DNA of 64,000 nt from Octopus vulgaris (GCA_951406725.2 OX597824.1:89156001-89220000), one strand, 5' to 3'. Numbered from the stretch's first letter, positions 42,311 to 55,681 are shown. Notes: generated by a model not told the origin, from the sequence alone. Numbers and translations: made by a program.

Positions 42311-43706
42311 ACGGGAGCCGACTCTTCCCTTTCTTTTTTCCCTTCGCCTCATCTCTCTTTCTCTTCCACGCGCGTGCTCACACACACTTCCTCTTTGAAA
42401 GAAATCGGTTACGTTCACCTATTTGAATGGATGGGCTTAAAATGTCAAAGGCACACCATGTGTTGTAGCGGCGCTCCTCCGACTCTAAGATGTGTTGAGG
42501 GCCCTCAATGTTCTACAAGTGGAATGGCTTTTATATTGGTTTAGAAAGGGTATTGCATAAGGTGTCTGTTCAAACGCTTTTGTTTCGTTGTTATTCTTGT
42601 CGAACCACCCCGCCACCCACGGGTCTGATCAATTAGACCCGTGAGCACACAAATCAACCGTAATCATACCATCTTTTATTCAGTAGCAGTAACAGTCTAC
42701 CTTGGAACACATATCCCCATTGTGTTTCTTCATTCTTTTAAAAAATCTGTTAGGGTTTAATTTGAGAGAAAGAATTCGTTTTTATTCTGTAGAGGTCAAA
42801 TGGTTACAATGGAGCCTATATTTACACTTGTCAGGCGGAATAGTGTAACTAAGACTACATGATCCAATGTGTTTGTCCATTCTTTAAAAACTATTAAGGT
42901 TTATAATTCGTGAGAATGAGTTCGTTGCTATTTCTAACAGGTCAAATTGTCCCGATGCAGCCTTAATTTTTCACTTGTCACTCGGAAAGAGTGTATCTAG
43001 GCCTACATTTGTCCATGTTTAAACGCATCAAACGGCCGCAACGAAGTTTATGCTTCGGTTTGTCGGTCATTTCATTTTGTGTTAGGGCAGTAAACCTGAT
43101 TGTATAGGTCTCATTTTTCATCTAACTGTCGCCAAATCTCCTGAAAATGTTCCCCTAACGCCCTCCTACAGCAGCTATGCATCGACCCATTTAATACCAC
43201 GAGACTTAGCGAGCGTTTACGTAAATATAAGCGATAATGAGCTACACCTAAGCTAATATTTAAGCTGCAGACAACTCGAGACAGTAATCGATTTCGTTCT
43301 CAGTTGAAATAAAATAATTTCACGTTTGTTATGTCGATCTTCTTAAACACAGACGATATCATATATTGCCAAAAGCCTAAATTATCGATATGAAGAAATG
43401 AAATGCAATTTAGTCTCAACAGACTTTGAAATTAAAAGAGACAAGATTGAATCCAAATGCTACAAATGCCTTTAGAACTGAGTAAGTTTAGCATTAGCCA
43501 TTTTCATCTTTCTTTAAACTCTTTGATCTCCATTATGCATGAGCGCGCGCACGTTTATACGAACGCACACACACGAACATAATTCTACACAATAGATACG
43601 CATATACATACACACAGAGACACATACACATACAGGCACACACACACATACATGTATGTATGTATATGTGTAGTTCTAATCCATACACGTAGTAATATAG
43701 AAAAAA

Positions 43707-43890
43707 TATATGAAGATTTACTTAAATTAAAATTATTATATTTAACCAGTTTCACCTTCATATGGTTTCCACGATAAACGATACAGTTTGCGACACCGCT
43801 CCACGTCCCTCAAATCTTACACGTTTGAAAATCAAGCAAATGTGAAACCGGTTAAATTTTAATATTCTAAATTAAATAAATCTCCATATA
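43707..43890. repeat. Degenerate fold-back (~49-bp arms) with a GAAACCGGTT HHR 3'-half motif
   Basis: Arms 43707-43755 / 43842-43890; related single arm at about 21448-21555. Confidence 0.6.
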
Positions 43891-43983
43891 TATATATATA
43901 TACTCTCCGTACATTTTAAAATTCATTAATTTGACTATACAAATACTTATATGAATGGATTAGTAACGGTTCTCTCTCCCCAC

Positions 43984-44034
<51 letters not shown>

Positions 44035-45229
44035 CTGTGTGTGTGTGTAAGAATTTATAAACTTTCCAGAAAAAGTCAAATTGTTCTTTTTTTTTTTTTT
44101 AGCTGAGTGTATCTTCAAGCACACACATAGAATTATAGATAAGAGATTGTAAATATTGGGTCGAAAAACCCTTTTTGATGGAAAAGGTCGAAACCTGTCA
44201 TGTGTGTCGGTAAATATGTTTACGTCGATATATATATAGTACTTATATAGGTATGTATATATGCATGTATGTATGTATGTATGTATGTATGTATGTATGT
44301 ATGTATGTATGTATGTATGTATGTATGTATGAATGTATGTATTTATATATGCATGTATGTATGTATGTATGTATGTATGTGTGTACGTGCGCGCATTTGT
44401 GTGTGTGTTTTCTATATATGTACATATATATACATATACATACATATATATATATATTATGTGTACGTATGTATATGTATATATATATGTATATATGTGT
44501 GTGTGTGCGTGTGCACACCTGTATATATAAATATGTATATATATATGCATACGTACACATAATATATATATATATGTATGTATATGTATATATATGTACA
44601 TATATACATATATATATAAATATATATATACATATATATTTATATATGTGTGTGTGTGAGCACGCTTGTATATATATTTGTGTGTGTGTGTGTTCCTGTG
44701 TATGTATACATATACAAATACACATACATCTCTTTGAATTTACACACAGAATCAAACGAACAGAGACACACATCTTCCCGCGGGCCGCACACCGACATCA
44801 GCATCCCCGATTACACCTTCACACAGTTACTACCGCCATTCGCTCTGACCACACCCCTCTACCCACGTCTCTATGGCTTTCGTTGATCTAATCCAATAAC
44901 CACGGACACGTCAACCCTAAGTGAATCCATCACTAAATACATTTCTCCCGGAACATTACCGATAAACCCCACCGCCAATCATATCGCAGCATACATCTTA
45001 AACAAACACAATAAGGCAGTCTTACTTCATCTAACATCTACCAAAACCACCTCGTCCCGAAGCCTCCAGTCCATTAAGAGCGGTGACGGTCGTATTCAAC
45101 GGAGAAAAGTGCAGTCATGCTATGACAGCGGTGACCGTAAAAGGTGACGTACCTTGTCAGATGTAATTTCCTGTTTGTTTGTACTTATCTAATGGTGTTA
45201 GCAGCAGCAGTGGCAGCAGCAGCAGCAAC

Positions 45230-45291
<62 letters not shown>

Positions 45292-45531
45292 CAGTAATTT
45301 AGTATCAGATCAGCTTCTCATCAGACAGACCATTGACCAAAGCAATCCATTCGTGACCATCCCATCCTATATATTTATTGCTATATACAACTACTATAAG
45401 TACATTATCTAACGTGTCCTTCCCTTTTTCTTCAACAATTTCAAGGGAATTTGAATTATGTTTAGCTGCTGTTTCCAGTAAGTAGAGCGACCAGTAGAGC
45501 CACAGTCGAACCAATTCTACTATATTTCTCA

Positions 45532-45922
45532 GAAACCTGGACGTTATCAAAGAAGCTTGAGAGGCGGTTGGATGGAACTTACACTCGCCTCCTTATGAGA
45601 GCTCAAAATCTCTCGTGGAAGCGTCATCTAACCAAAGTACAAATATATGAGAAACTACCACCTGTACCATCTCTTGTGAAAGGTAGAAGAGTCCAGTTTG
45701 CTGGACATTGTTGTAGAGCTGAAAACGAGGTAATTTCTACTTTTCTCCTCTGGAAACCATCTACTCGCGATACCAGAGGGCGCACACTCTCCTACTCTGA
45801 TGTAATCTCCAGGGATACAGGCATCCAGCAACAGGACCTCCGTAATGCTATGATGGACCGTGAAGTCTGGTGTAACATAGTAAATTCCATTGTCTCGACC
45901 ACGGTCGAACAATGATGAATGA
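45532..45922 (+). pseudogene. RTE-clade LINE ORF C-terminus with a (TGA) tail, 5'-truncated
   Basis: ETWTLSKKLERRLDGTYTRLL...RRVQFAGHCCR...LLWKP...AMMDREVW*; the ETW, FAGH and DRxxW motifs are typical of the RTE C-terminus. Confidence 0.88.
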
Positions 45923-46399
45923 CCACATACAGGTAAGTAAACAATGTGAAACAGTAGCGTTCTTGCTAAAGGAAGTTCGGTACATATCGCTAGATGGCGC
46001 TCTGGGAATAATGATGTTGTTGGTGACAGGTTTTTATAGAGACAATCCCGGAGCGTTTGCGCAACTCGGGCAGAACAAATAGCACCGGGGTATGTTTGCT
46101 TATCGGCTTTTACGCAGTTGTTAACGTCTTTCGCAATTATACACACGTACACACGTACTTGCACAAAGGATACACACGTACTTGCACAATATATCCGGGA
46201 ATTTTGTCAGGGCGTTCTTCAGTGAAGTCTACTGTAGTTGTTGAAGCAGAAGGCGAGCAGTTGGCGTGTCATGTGATGTGTGACGTCACCGACGTTCTGA
46301 ATATTGTTCTGAAAATGGATTGCCAAAAGTTTCATTCATTGCTTTTGAGATTAGGCCGTCCTTTCCCTTCTTTATTGGGGTTTTGTTGTTTGTTACTTC

Positions 46400-46677
46400 T
46401 CGATCCACACCTGGCTCAAAGGGCCAGTTTCCCTTCCCGGTTTCCTTGGCGTTTAGGTTCCCCACCTGGACGGGACGCCAGTCCGTCGCAGGTGAGCTGC
46501 TAGATGCAGGAGGAAAGAGTGAGAGAAAGTTGTGGCGAAAGAGTCAGCAGAAGTTCGCCATTACCTTCTGCCGGAGCCGCCTGGAGCTTAGGTATTTCGC
46601 TCATAAACACACACATCGCCTGGTCTGAGATTCGAACCCACGATCCCTCGACCGCGAGTCCGCTGCTCTAATCACTC
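46400..46677 (-). mobile_element. SINE with a C-like head but a different 3' body
   Basis: Shares gaaagagtgagagaaagttgtgg and the tRNA head with SINE C; left part cctggacgggacgccagtccgtcgcagg is absent from C. Confidence 0.8.
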
Positions 46678-47580
46678 TTTATTGGGGTGGGTTATAATGT
46701 TCTCAATCAGACTTATGCTGTAATGTTTTGAATATAATTGCATGACATGGCACTGTCTTTTATTGAGATTGAAATGTTGATCTTTTACATTTTCTCCAGA
46801 TCTGCTTCAAGATCGATGTTTCCTTTGTGTTGGTATAACCGCTTCTTAAATGAGATTTCCGTTCAACAGAACTAAGACGCAGTACTGTCGATTTATTTTT
46901 AACAGTTGCGGTGGCTTGATGCTTGATGGAGCTACTTACACATTAGTTAACCCAAGGATAACCAGTACTTGATCTATTAAAGCCATATTCTGAGTTCCGA
47001 AAATTATACCCATATATCTTTTTATTTTTTGTAGTGGGTTGAGGGGTTGTATTCCGCTGAAGGTTTCTATGATTAAGTAGCGAAATATTTTTCTTATGAA
47101 ATAATGGCTCTTAAACGGGAGAATCGGTCCTTGTTTGATCCAATAGTCCGGAGGTACTGCTCGCTAACGAGACATAACAATGTCGAATAACAGAATGTCC
47201 CAGAATCCCTTGTACTGATGAACTGAGTGTGTTATGAACACATGTTCGACGTAAAGAAATTGTTCCGTGAAAAAACACGTGAGCGATTAGCATATTCACG
47301 TTCAAATCTGCCGAAACATATGAATAAATATTCAAGTCGTTGTGCAAGCATTTATTTCATTACTGTCATGGTGCTTGCCGAAGTGTTTGTCGGATGTTTT
47401 GCTCTGCAGTTTATGATATAAAATTTTACGGCTGTGAAGGAAACACTACAGCCCTTACAAAGTATATTAGGCAGAAGAAAAAACTTACTAATGTTGCGAG
47501 GTCAGTCTCGGACAGAACAACCCGTTCAATACTAGTTTTAAACGGTTTAAAGTTTAAGCTTGACAGTGAAATATATCAGT

Positions 47581-47999
47581 AGGCGCAGGAGTGGCTGTGT
47601 GGTAAGTAGCTTGCTAACCAACCACATGGTTCCGGGTTCAGTCCTACTGCGTGGCATCTTGGGCAAGTGTCTTCTGCTATAGCCCCGGGCCGACCAATGC
47701 CTTGTGAGTGGATTTGGTAGACGGAAACTGAAAGAAGCCTGTCGTATATATGTATATATATATATATATGTGTGTGTATGTGTTTGTGTGTCTGTGTTTG
47801 TCCCCCTAGCATTGCTTGACAACCGATGCTGGTGTGTTTACGTCCCCGTCACTTAGCGGTTCGGCAAAAGAGACCGAGAGAATAAGTACTGGGCTTACAA
47901 AGAATAAGTCCTGGGGTCGATTTGCTCGACTAAAGGCGGTGCTCCAGCATGGCCGCAGTCAAATGACTGAAACAAGTAAAAGAGTAAAAGAGTAAAAGT
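47581..47999 (+). mobile_element. SINE A, young full length (tRNA head, CORE-like cttgggcaagt, internal TA/TG, (GTAAAAGA)n tail)
   Basis: A-box tggctgtgtgg, B-box ggttcagtcc; more than 10 related copies or fragments in the window. Confidence 0.95.
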
Positions 48000-48347
48000 G
48001 TAAAATACATTATATATGACAGTACATCACAACCACAATGAGGAGAATTACAGACATAGTCTGAAGGTTTTAATATCTATTTTCATATAATGTATACACT
48101 TAACGTTCTTTGAAAAAGCATGAACATCATGACACGTTATTACTTATCTTCTAAATAATACGTTAGACTTTATATATTACGAGGACAATGAATGTGAAAG
48201 TATAGTTGTACTTCTCAGCCTGTAGATGTCAGTGTTACGTGAGTACAAAAATAGGTTACAGCCTGCGCCTATGAACAAGTTATATGTGGATTATTGAGAC
48301 TATGGGAATCGAACGCACACCTTCTAACGAACGACAGATGTGATACC

Positions 48348-48950
48348 TATTTCTTTACTACCCACAAGGGGCTAAACACAGAGAGGACAAACAAGGACAG
48401 ACAAACGGATTAAGTCGATTATATCAACCCCAGTGCGTAACTGGTACTTATTTAATCGACCCTCGAAAGGATGAAGGGCAAAGTCGATCTCGGCGGAATT
48501 TGAACTCAGAACGTAACGGCAGAAGAAATACCTATTTCTTTACTACCCACAAGGGGCTAAACACAGAGAGGAGACAAACAAGGACAGACAAACGGATTAA
48601 GTCGATTACATCGACCCCTGTGCGTAACTGGTACTTATTTAATCGACCCCGAAAAGATGAAAGGCAAAGTCGACCTCGGCGGAATTTGAACTCAGAACGT
48701 AACGGCAGACGTAGTACCTATTTCTTTACTACCCACAAGGGGCTAAACACAGAGAGGACAAACAAGGACAGACAAACGGATTAAGTCGATTATATCAACC
48801 CCAGTGCGTAACTGGTACTTATTTAATCGACCCCGAAAGGATGAAAGGCAAAGTCGACCTCGGCGGAATTTGAACTCAGAACGTAACGGCAGACGAAATA
48901 CCGCTAAGCATTCCGCCCGGCGTGCTAACGTTTCTGCCAGTTTTCCGCCT
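48348..48950 (-). mobile_element. SINE B trimer with a perfect 15-bp TSD
   Basis: TSD gacagatgtgatacc 48333-48347 / 48953-48967; junction cc at 48531 and 48717; head site at 48901. Confidence 0.97.
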
Positions 48951-49499
48951 TAGACAGATGTGATACCATTACACTAACAGCCCCATATGTGTGTGTGTGT
49001 GCATGTGTGTGTGCTTGTGTGCGTGCATGTGTGCGTGCGTGTGTGCGTGCATGTGTGCGTGCGTGTGTGCATGGGAATTTCGATGTGGCGGTTCACATCC
49101 ACTAAGCTCTCCACGTTTTCACAACAGCGTAACGCTTCTTTCTTTTTTTTTTTTGTTTCAGTTTATCAAACCAGAATTATTTGTGGCAGCCATGTTGTAT
49201 ATGTTTGAAAATGGTTGTATTGCACCGTGTTTCTCCATATTTTCTGCGGATGACATTGAATATTCTTCATAGATTAACATTAAGTATAATGATGACGTTA
49301 AAGTGTCTTGTTGACATTTTGAAGCAGTTCATGTTTAAGTACTTCGGTCTTTTCTTCAATGAAAATGTAAAGCAGTCGACATTTGCAGTCATCCCTAGCC
49401 ATTGGTACTGTTTCATAATGTATTTTATGGACATCAATTAAGTTCATTAATGTCTACAGTTTACTCATCCAGACGTAACTATACTACTTGTCAATATTG

Positions 49500-49682
49500 A
49501 TTTCAAAAGTTTGACACAAGGCCAGCACGCTCGGGGGGAAGGGCTAAATCGATCGGTCGATTCCAGTATTCAACCGTATCGACCCCAAAAGAATGAAAGG
49601 CAAAGTCGACATCGGCGGAAGACGGACGAAATGCTGCTAAGTATTTTGCCTGGCGTGCTAACGATTCTTCCAGCTCGCCGTT
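49500..49682 (-). mobile_element. Older SINE B relative with the alternative (non-LINE-like) tail
   Basis: Head and gaaaggcaaagtcgac domain as in B; tail cacaaggccagc...ggggaagggct differs. Confidence 0.75.
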
Positions 49683-49714
49683 TTATAAATAATGGCATAT
49701 TTATTTATTATTAT

Positions 49715-49860
49715 CTCTTACTTGTTTAAAACATTTGACTGTGGCGTTACGGGAGCATTGCCTTTAGTCGAACGAATTGACCCCCAAGTACTCATACTAT
49801 CAGTCTCTTTTGTGAATTTAGAGGGACATAAACATACCAACATTAGTTGGCAAGCAATGT
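49715..49860 (-). mobile_element. SINE A, diverged 3' fragment
   Basis: ttacttgtttaaaacatttgactgtggc...gcctttagtcgaac. Confidence 0.7.
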
Positions 49861-49874
49861 ATATATATTGCCAA

Positions 49875-50038
49875 CTACCACTACACACATTTTTTTCTCT
49901 CCTTGTTTTTTCTGTGTACCTTTCTGTAGAAGAGCGCAGGCTCGAAACGTAAAAGACTTTTTCTATTCCTGAGCGTTATACATCTGTTTGTTTTGTACAC
50001 CACCTGTCTTCGTCTTTTGTTTTTTCCGTAAACTCTCC

Positions 50039-50042
<4 letters not shown>
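49875..50042 (+). mobile_element. Penelope-type terminal repeat with an HHR variant (A6U core) at 49920-49955
   Basis: CTTT-CTGTAGA-A-GAGC(GCAG)GCTC-GAAACGTA-AAAG; its start ccactacaca..ttttttctctccttg also occurs at about 34517, next to the Penelope RT. Confidence 0.7.
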
Positions 50043-50115
<73 letters not shown>

Positions 50116-50174
50116 TGATACACACACACATAGATAGAGAGGGAGAGAGAGAACGAGAACTGCAGTAGCTCTTG

Positions 50175-50325
50175 GCTGGTATTCTTTCTCGGCTGAGTAG
50201 ACTAGAGCCAGGTGAAATGATGCACTTTGTTTCAGGGTGCAGCACGCCGCCCGCAGCCAACAATCGAACCCACTATACGATGATTGTAAAGTGAACGTCA
50301 TAGCCACTAGATCGCATGACTTCAT
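50175..50325 (-). mobile_element. Old SINE D-like fragment
   Basis: gctgagtagactagagc...gtgaaatga...aatcgaaccc...agccactag. Confidence 0.5.
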
Positions 50326-50345
50326 GCTTTACACACAGACGCGCA

Positions 50346-50378
<33 letters not shown>

Positions 50379-50960
50379 GCACACACACACACACGAACGC
50401 ACGCACGCATACGCGTATGTATATGGGTGTATGCGAATGAATGTGATCAGTATTTGTGTTTATATTAATTTAGTGACGTTCTCAACAACAATATTATTAC
50501 CTGAATATGAACAAATTAAAAAAAAAACTAACCAAGGCTCATTTTGTGGAAACATTCCAGCCCCAACGTGCATGTCCGGTGCCCCTATGCTCTCCCCATT
50601 CAACCATCTGCATTTCTCACGCCCCATTACTTCTCCATACACACAGGTTGTTCTTGCGAAAACTTCTCTTCTCCCCAAACTCTACTTAATCTTCAACATT
50701 AAAATCCAAGCGTAAAAATTTACACTCCATAGCTTGATATTAATTTACAAAATGTCTTCGAACTAATTAAGGTGAGTAATAATGTAATAAGCTAACCAAT
50801 GAAATCAAGCCATTCTAATGAAAAGGCAACAATTAAGAAAACAAAAAAATTAAGTAAAACAGATTATATATGAATGAAAACTACCGAAAATTGGTAAAAA
50901 TGATTTTAATGCGAAACATAAATTATCTTGAAGAATTATTATGCGCCAATCTAATGGAAC

Positions 50961-51061
<101 letters not shown>

Positions 51062-51145
51062 ACACACACATACACACACTCATAGAACCACACACACACA
51101 TACATATATCTATAGACACATGCAAATACATGTATGTGTGTGTGT

Positions 51146-51327
51146 AGGCGCAAGAGTGGCTGTGTGGTAAGAAACTTGCTTCCCGACTGCATAATTCTGG
51201 GTTCAGTCCCACTGCGTGTTTCTTTGGGTGTCCTCTACAATAGCTCCAAGCCGACTACAGCCATGTGGGTGGATTTGGTAGAGAGAAACTAAAAGAAGCC
51301 TGTCGTATACATACATACATACATACA

Positions 51328-51385
<58 letters not shown>

Positions 51386-51665
51386 CGTGTGTGTGTGTGT
51401 GTGCGTGTGTGTGTGTATATATAGATATACATACATATATATATATATATATATGTTTGTGTGTCTCTGTGTATGCGTTTGTCCCACGCCACTGCTTGAC
51501 AGTGTTGGTTAGGCTACGTCCTCGTAACTTAACAGTTCGGCAAAACAAACCGATACAATAAATATCAGGCTTCAAAATAATAAAAGAAACCTTGGGGTCG
51601 ATACATTCGACTGAAATCCTTCAAGGTGGAGTCCTGCATGGCCGCTGTATAATGACAAATAAGGA
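51146..51665 (+). mobile_element. SINE A, diverged, with expanded internal microsatellite
   Basis: aggcgcaagagtggctgtgtggtaag ... gcatggccgc. Confidence 0.88.
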
Positions 51666-51702
51666 AAAATGGGAAAGGTAAAATAGTTATATGTATATAT
51701 AC

Positions 51703-51798
<96 letters not shown>

Positions 51799-52214
51799 CC
51801 TACCTACCTGTAAGGAGTAGTTATATGTATAGTGATATATACGGACTAGTTATATTTATAAATGTGGGGAAAGTAGACCTGACGATTGGGAGTGCGTAAA
51901 TGTAATGAGTTTTGGAATGAGACTGTGTCTTAACAATACCATATGTACCCTCATGAAACACGTGTAGTCTGTAATATGAAAATTTGGGGATTATGAATAT
52001 AAACAGTAAGTATATTATTTAACATTTTATGGCTTGGTTGAGTTAATATCGTTTGGAGTTGATGAAGTTGTGGGGGTTTCTATCTCTAACAATATTTTGA
52101 TATATATGAATTAATTATTGAGATTAATTCAATTTAATATTTTAAATTTGAATGTCTGGAATTGATATTCCGTAATTATTATTATTATAATATATATACA
52201 TACACATACATACA

Positions 52215-52256
<42 letters not shown>

Positions 52257-52381
52257 AATTATAAAATTGTAAGATTACGTACAAATTTGTAAAATTTGTA
52301 TTATCTCCCTAGTTTTATGTGCTAAGCCACTTGGTGTTAAACTAATGGTATTATTAAATTAATATCAAATTTTTCACCCTC

Positions 52382-52472
<91 letters not shown>

Positions 52473-52529
52473 TGTATGTATGTATGTATGTATGTATGTA
52501 TTAGTTATAACGCTCGGGAAGTGAAAAGT

Positions 52530-52592
<63 letters not shown>

Positions 52593-52837
52593 TGTGTGTG
52601 TGTCTGTGTGTTATTCAAACAAAATTTACTTTAACTGTAACATTGAAGTTTCCTAGACATTGAAAGCCTTCGTCTAGATATTTGGATTCTACAGTTGTGT
52701 TGGTCTGAAAACAGATGGAGTGGTCGTGGTTAAAACGCCTTTGATCATACGACTATTTCATCGGGGCTGGACTGGGGCTACATTGCAACAGCAACAGCAG
52801 AAGCAGCAGCTGATGTGTGTTTATTTGACTGAAACTC

Positions 52838-54125
52838 GGAAGGAAGGGAGAAAGGAACGAACGAACGAAGGAAGGAAGGAAAGGAGGAAGGAAAGAAGGA
52901 AGGAAGGCAGGAAGGAACGAATGAACCTAGGAAAGAAGGCAGGAAGGAAAGAAGGAAGGAAGGAAGGAAGGCAGGAACGAACGGACGAAGGAAAGAAGGA
53001 ACGAAGGGAGGAACGAAGAAAGGAAAGATGGAAGGGAGGAAAGAAGGAAGGAAGGCAGAAAGGAACGAACGAAGGAAGGAAGGAAGGAAAGGAGGAAGGA
53101 AAGAAGGAAGGAAGGAAGGAAGGAAGGAAGGCAGGAACGAACGGACGAAGGAAAGGAGGAACGAAGGGAGGAACGAATGAACGAAGGAAAGAAAGATGGA
53201 AAGAAGGAAGAAAAGAAGGAAGGAAGGAAGGCAAGAAGGAACGAACGAACGAAGGAAAGAAGGAAGGAAGGAAGGAAGGCAGGAACGAACGAACGAAGGA
53301 AAGAAGGATGGAAAGAAGAAGAAGAAAAGAAGGAAGGAAGGAAGGAAGGAAGGAAGGAACGAAGAAAGGAAAGATGGAAGGGAGGAAAGAAGGAAATAAG
53401 GCAGAAAGGAACGAACGAAGGAAGGAAGGAAGGAAAGGAGGAAGGAAGGAAGGAAGGAAGGAAGGAAGGAAGGAAGGAAGGCAGGAACGAACGAACGAAG
53501 GAAAGAAGGATGGAAAGAAGGAAGAAAAGAAGGAAGGAAGGAAGGAAAGAAGGAAGAAAAGAAGGAAGGAAAGAAGGAACGAAGAAAGGAAAGATGGAAG
53601 GAAAGAAGGAAGGAAAGAAGGAAGGAAGGAAAGAAGGAAAGAAAGAAGGAAAGAAGGAACGAAGAAAGGAAAGATGGAAGGCACGAAGGAAGGAACGAAC
53701 GAACGAACGAAGGAAAGTAGGAAGGGAGGAAGGAAGGGAGGAAGGAACGAAGAAAGGAAAGATGGAAGGAAGGAAGGAAAGAAGGAAGGAAGGAAGGCAG
53801 GAAGGAAGGAAGGAAGGAAGGAAGGAAGGAAGGAAAGAAGGAAGGAAGGCAGGCAGGAAGGAAGGAACGAACGAACGAACGAACGAAGGAAGTAACGAAC
53901 GAACGAAAGAAAGAAAAGGAAGGAAGGAAGGAAGGAAAGGAAGGAAGGAAAGAAGGAAGGAAGGAAAGAAGGAAGGAAAGAAGAAAGGAAAGATGGAAGG
54001 AAGGAAGGAACGAACGAAGGAAGGAAAGAAGGAAGGCAGGAAGGAACGAACGAACGAAAGAAGGAAGGAAGGAAGGAAGGAAGGAAGGAAGGAAGGAAGG
54101 AAGGAAAGAAGGAAGGAAGGAAGGA
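52838..54125. repeat. ~1.3-kb (GGAA/GAAC)n purine-rich satellite with higher-order blocks
   Basis: Direct reading; recurrent gaacgaagaaaggaaagatggaag marker. Confidence 0.95.
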
Positions 54126-54630
54126 CGAGGCCAACGAATGAATAAGACAAACCTCGAAGCATGTAATATGAGGCACCGAACTGGGTTAGATCCTGTTAGT
54201 AAAGCATCTAATTCGCTGTTTTACTATCTCAGTTCTCTCCAAATTCAAAGGCATTATTCGTAATGCAGCTATCTTTGCCAAATCTCATTCCAGCCTGCAA
54301 TTTCGGAATTGCTGAGTGAGAGCTAGCGAGAGAGGGAGAGCGAGAGAAAGGGAGTGTAAGTGAGAGAGAGAGAAAGAAAGAAGGAGAGAGAGAGAGAGAA
54401 GCACCCATTGCTCTGCCTCTCACTCTCACATCAAAGACATTGCAGGCACGAATGAAGGGTGAGGTCCGTATATCTTTCCATAAAACTTTTAACAACAAAA
54501 GAAATGGAATTTTTTAATAAAAATAAATTGTTTCGTCCTAGAAGAAAAAAAAAACCCCAAAGAAACAAAGCAATGAAAATAACGATGGTGGAGAATTTGA
54601 TAATTCAAGGTCTTTATGCGTTTTATATTA

Positions 54631-54669
<39 letters not shown>

Positions 54670-55054
54670 GGCGGCGAGCTGGCAGAAACGTTAGCACGCC
54701 GGGCGAAATGCTTAGCAGTATTTCGTCTGCCGTTACGTTGTGAGCCGAGGTCGACTTTGCCTTTCATCCTTTCGGGGTCGATAAATTAAGTATCAGTTAC
54801 GCACTGGGGTCGATATAATCGGACTTAATCCGTTTGTCTGTCCTTGTTTGTCCCCTCTGTGTTTAGCTCCTTGTTGGTAGTAAAGGAATAGGTATTTCGT
54901 CCGTCTTTATGTTCTGAGTTCAAATTCCACCGAGGTCGACTGTGCCTTTCATCCTTTCGGGATCGATAAATTAAGTACCAGTTACGCACTGGGGTCGATA
55001 TAATCGACTTAACCCACCCACAAATTTCAGCCCTTGAGCCTAGAGTAGAAATGA
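54670..55054 (+). mobile_element. SINE B dimer whose second unit carries the older-type tail
   Basis: Junction gaata|ggtatttcg at 54891; second unit ends aacccacccacaaatttcagcccttgagcctagagtagaa. Confidence 0.9.
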
Positions 55055-55333
55055 TTCTTCTTCTTCTTCTTCTTCTTCTTCTTCTTCTTCTTCTTCTTCT
55101 TCTTCTTCTTCTTCTTCTTCTTCTTCTTCTTCTTCTTCTTCTTCTTCTTCTTCTTCTTCTTCTTCTTCTTCTTCTTTTTCTTCTCCTCTGCCCCTTCTCC
55201 TCCTCCTTTTTCTTCTATTCCTTCTCCTTTCTTCTTCTTCTTCTTCTTCTTCTTCTTCTTCTTCTTCTTCTTCTTCTTCTTCTTCTTCTTCTTCTTCTTC
55301 TTCTTCTTCTTCTTCTTCTTCTTCTTCTTCTTC
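55054..55333. repeat. Two long (CTT)n/(GAA)n tracts
   Basis: Direct reading. Confidence 0.95.
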
Positions 55334-55492
55334 AATATAACTGGAGGAGAAACACATTCATATCTTGCAAACTGAATTTAAGCGGGGAATGTCATTTACT
55401 TTCATGGAGTCTTTTGTCGTATTGCATTATTGGAATTATTAAGAAATCTCCGTTTAAAACACAGAAGAAGCATAAACCAAGGCATTGTAATT

Positions 55493-55592
55493 ATCATCGT
55501 CGTCGTCTTCATCATCATCATCATATTTATCAATCATCATCATCATCATCAATCATTATTATCATCATCATCATCATCACCTCTATCTTCAT

Positions 55593-55623
<31 letters not shown>

Positions 55624-55681
55624 TTCATCAATCATCATCATCAATCATTATTATCATCATCATCACCACCTCTATCCCCAT

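Noticed and set aside
44160-44200. gtcgaaacctgtc HHR-like motif (also ctggagacggt at about 9335)
   Set aside because: The core is too degenerate to call.
52720-54176. 322-451-aa EGRK/PSFL ORFs
   Set aside because: A (GGAA)n satellite open in several frames on both strands; not a protein.
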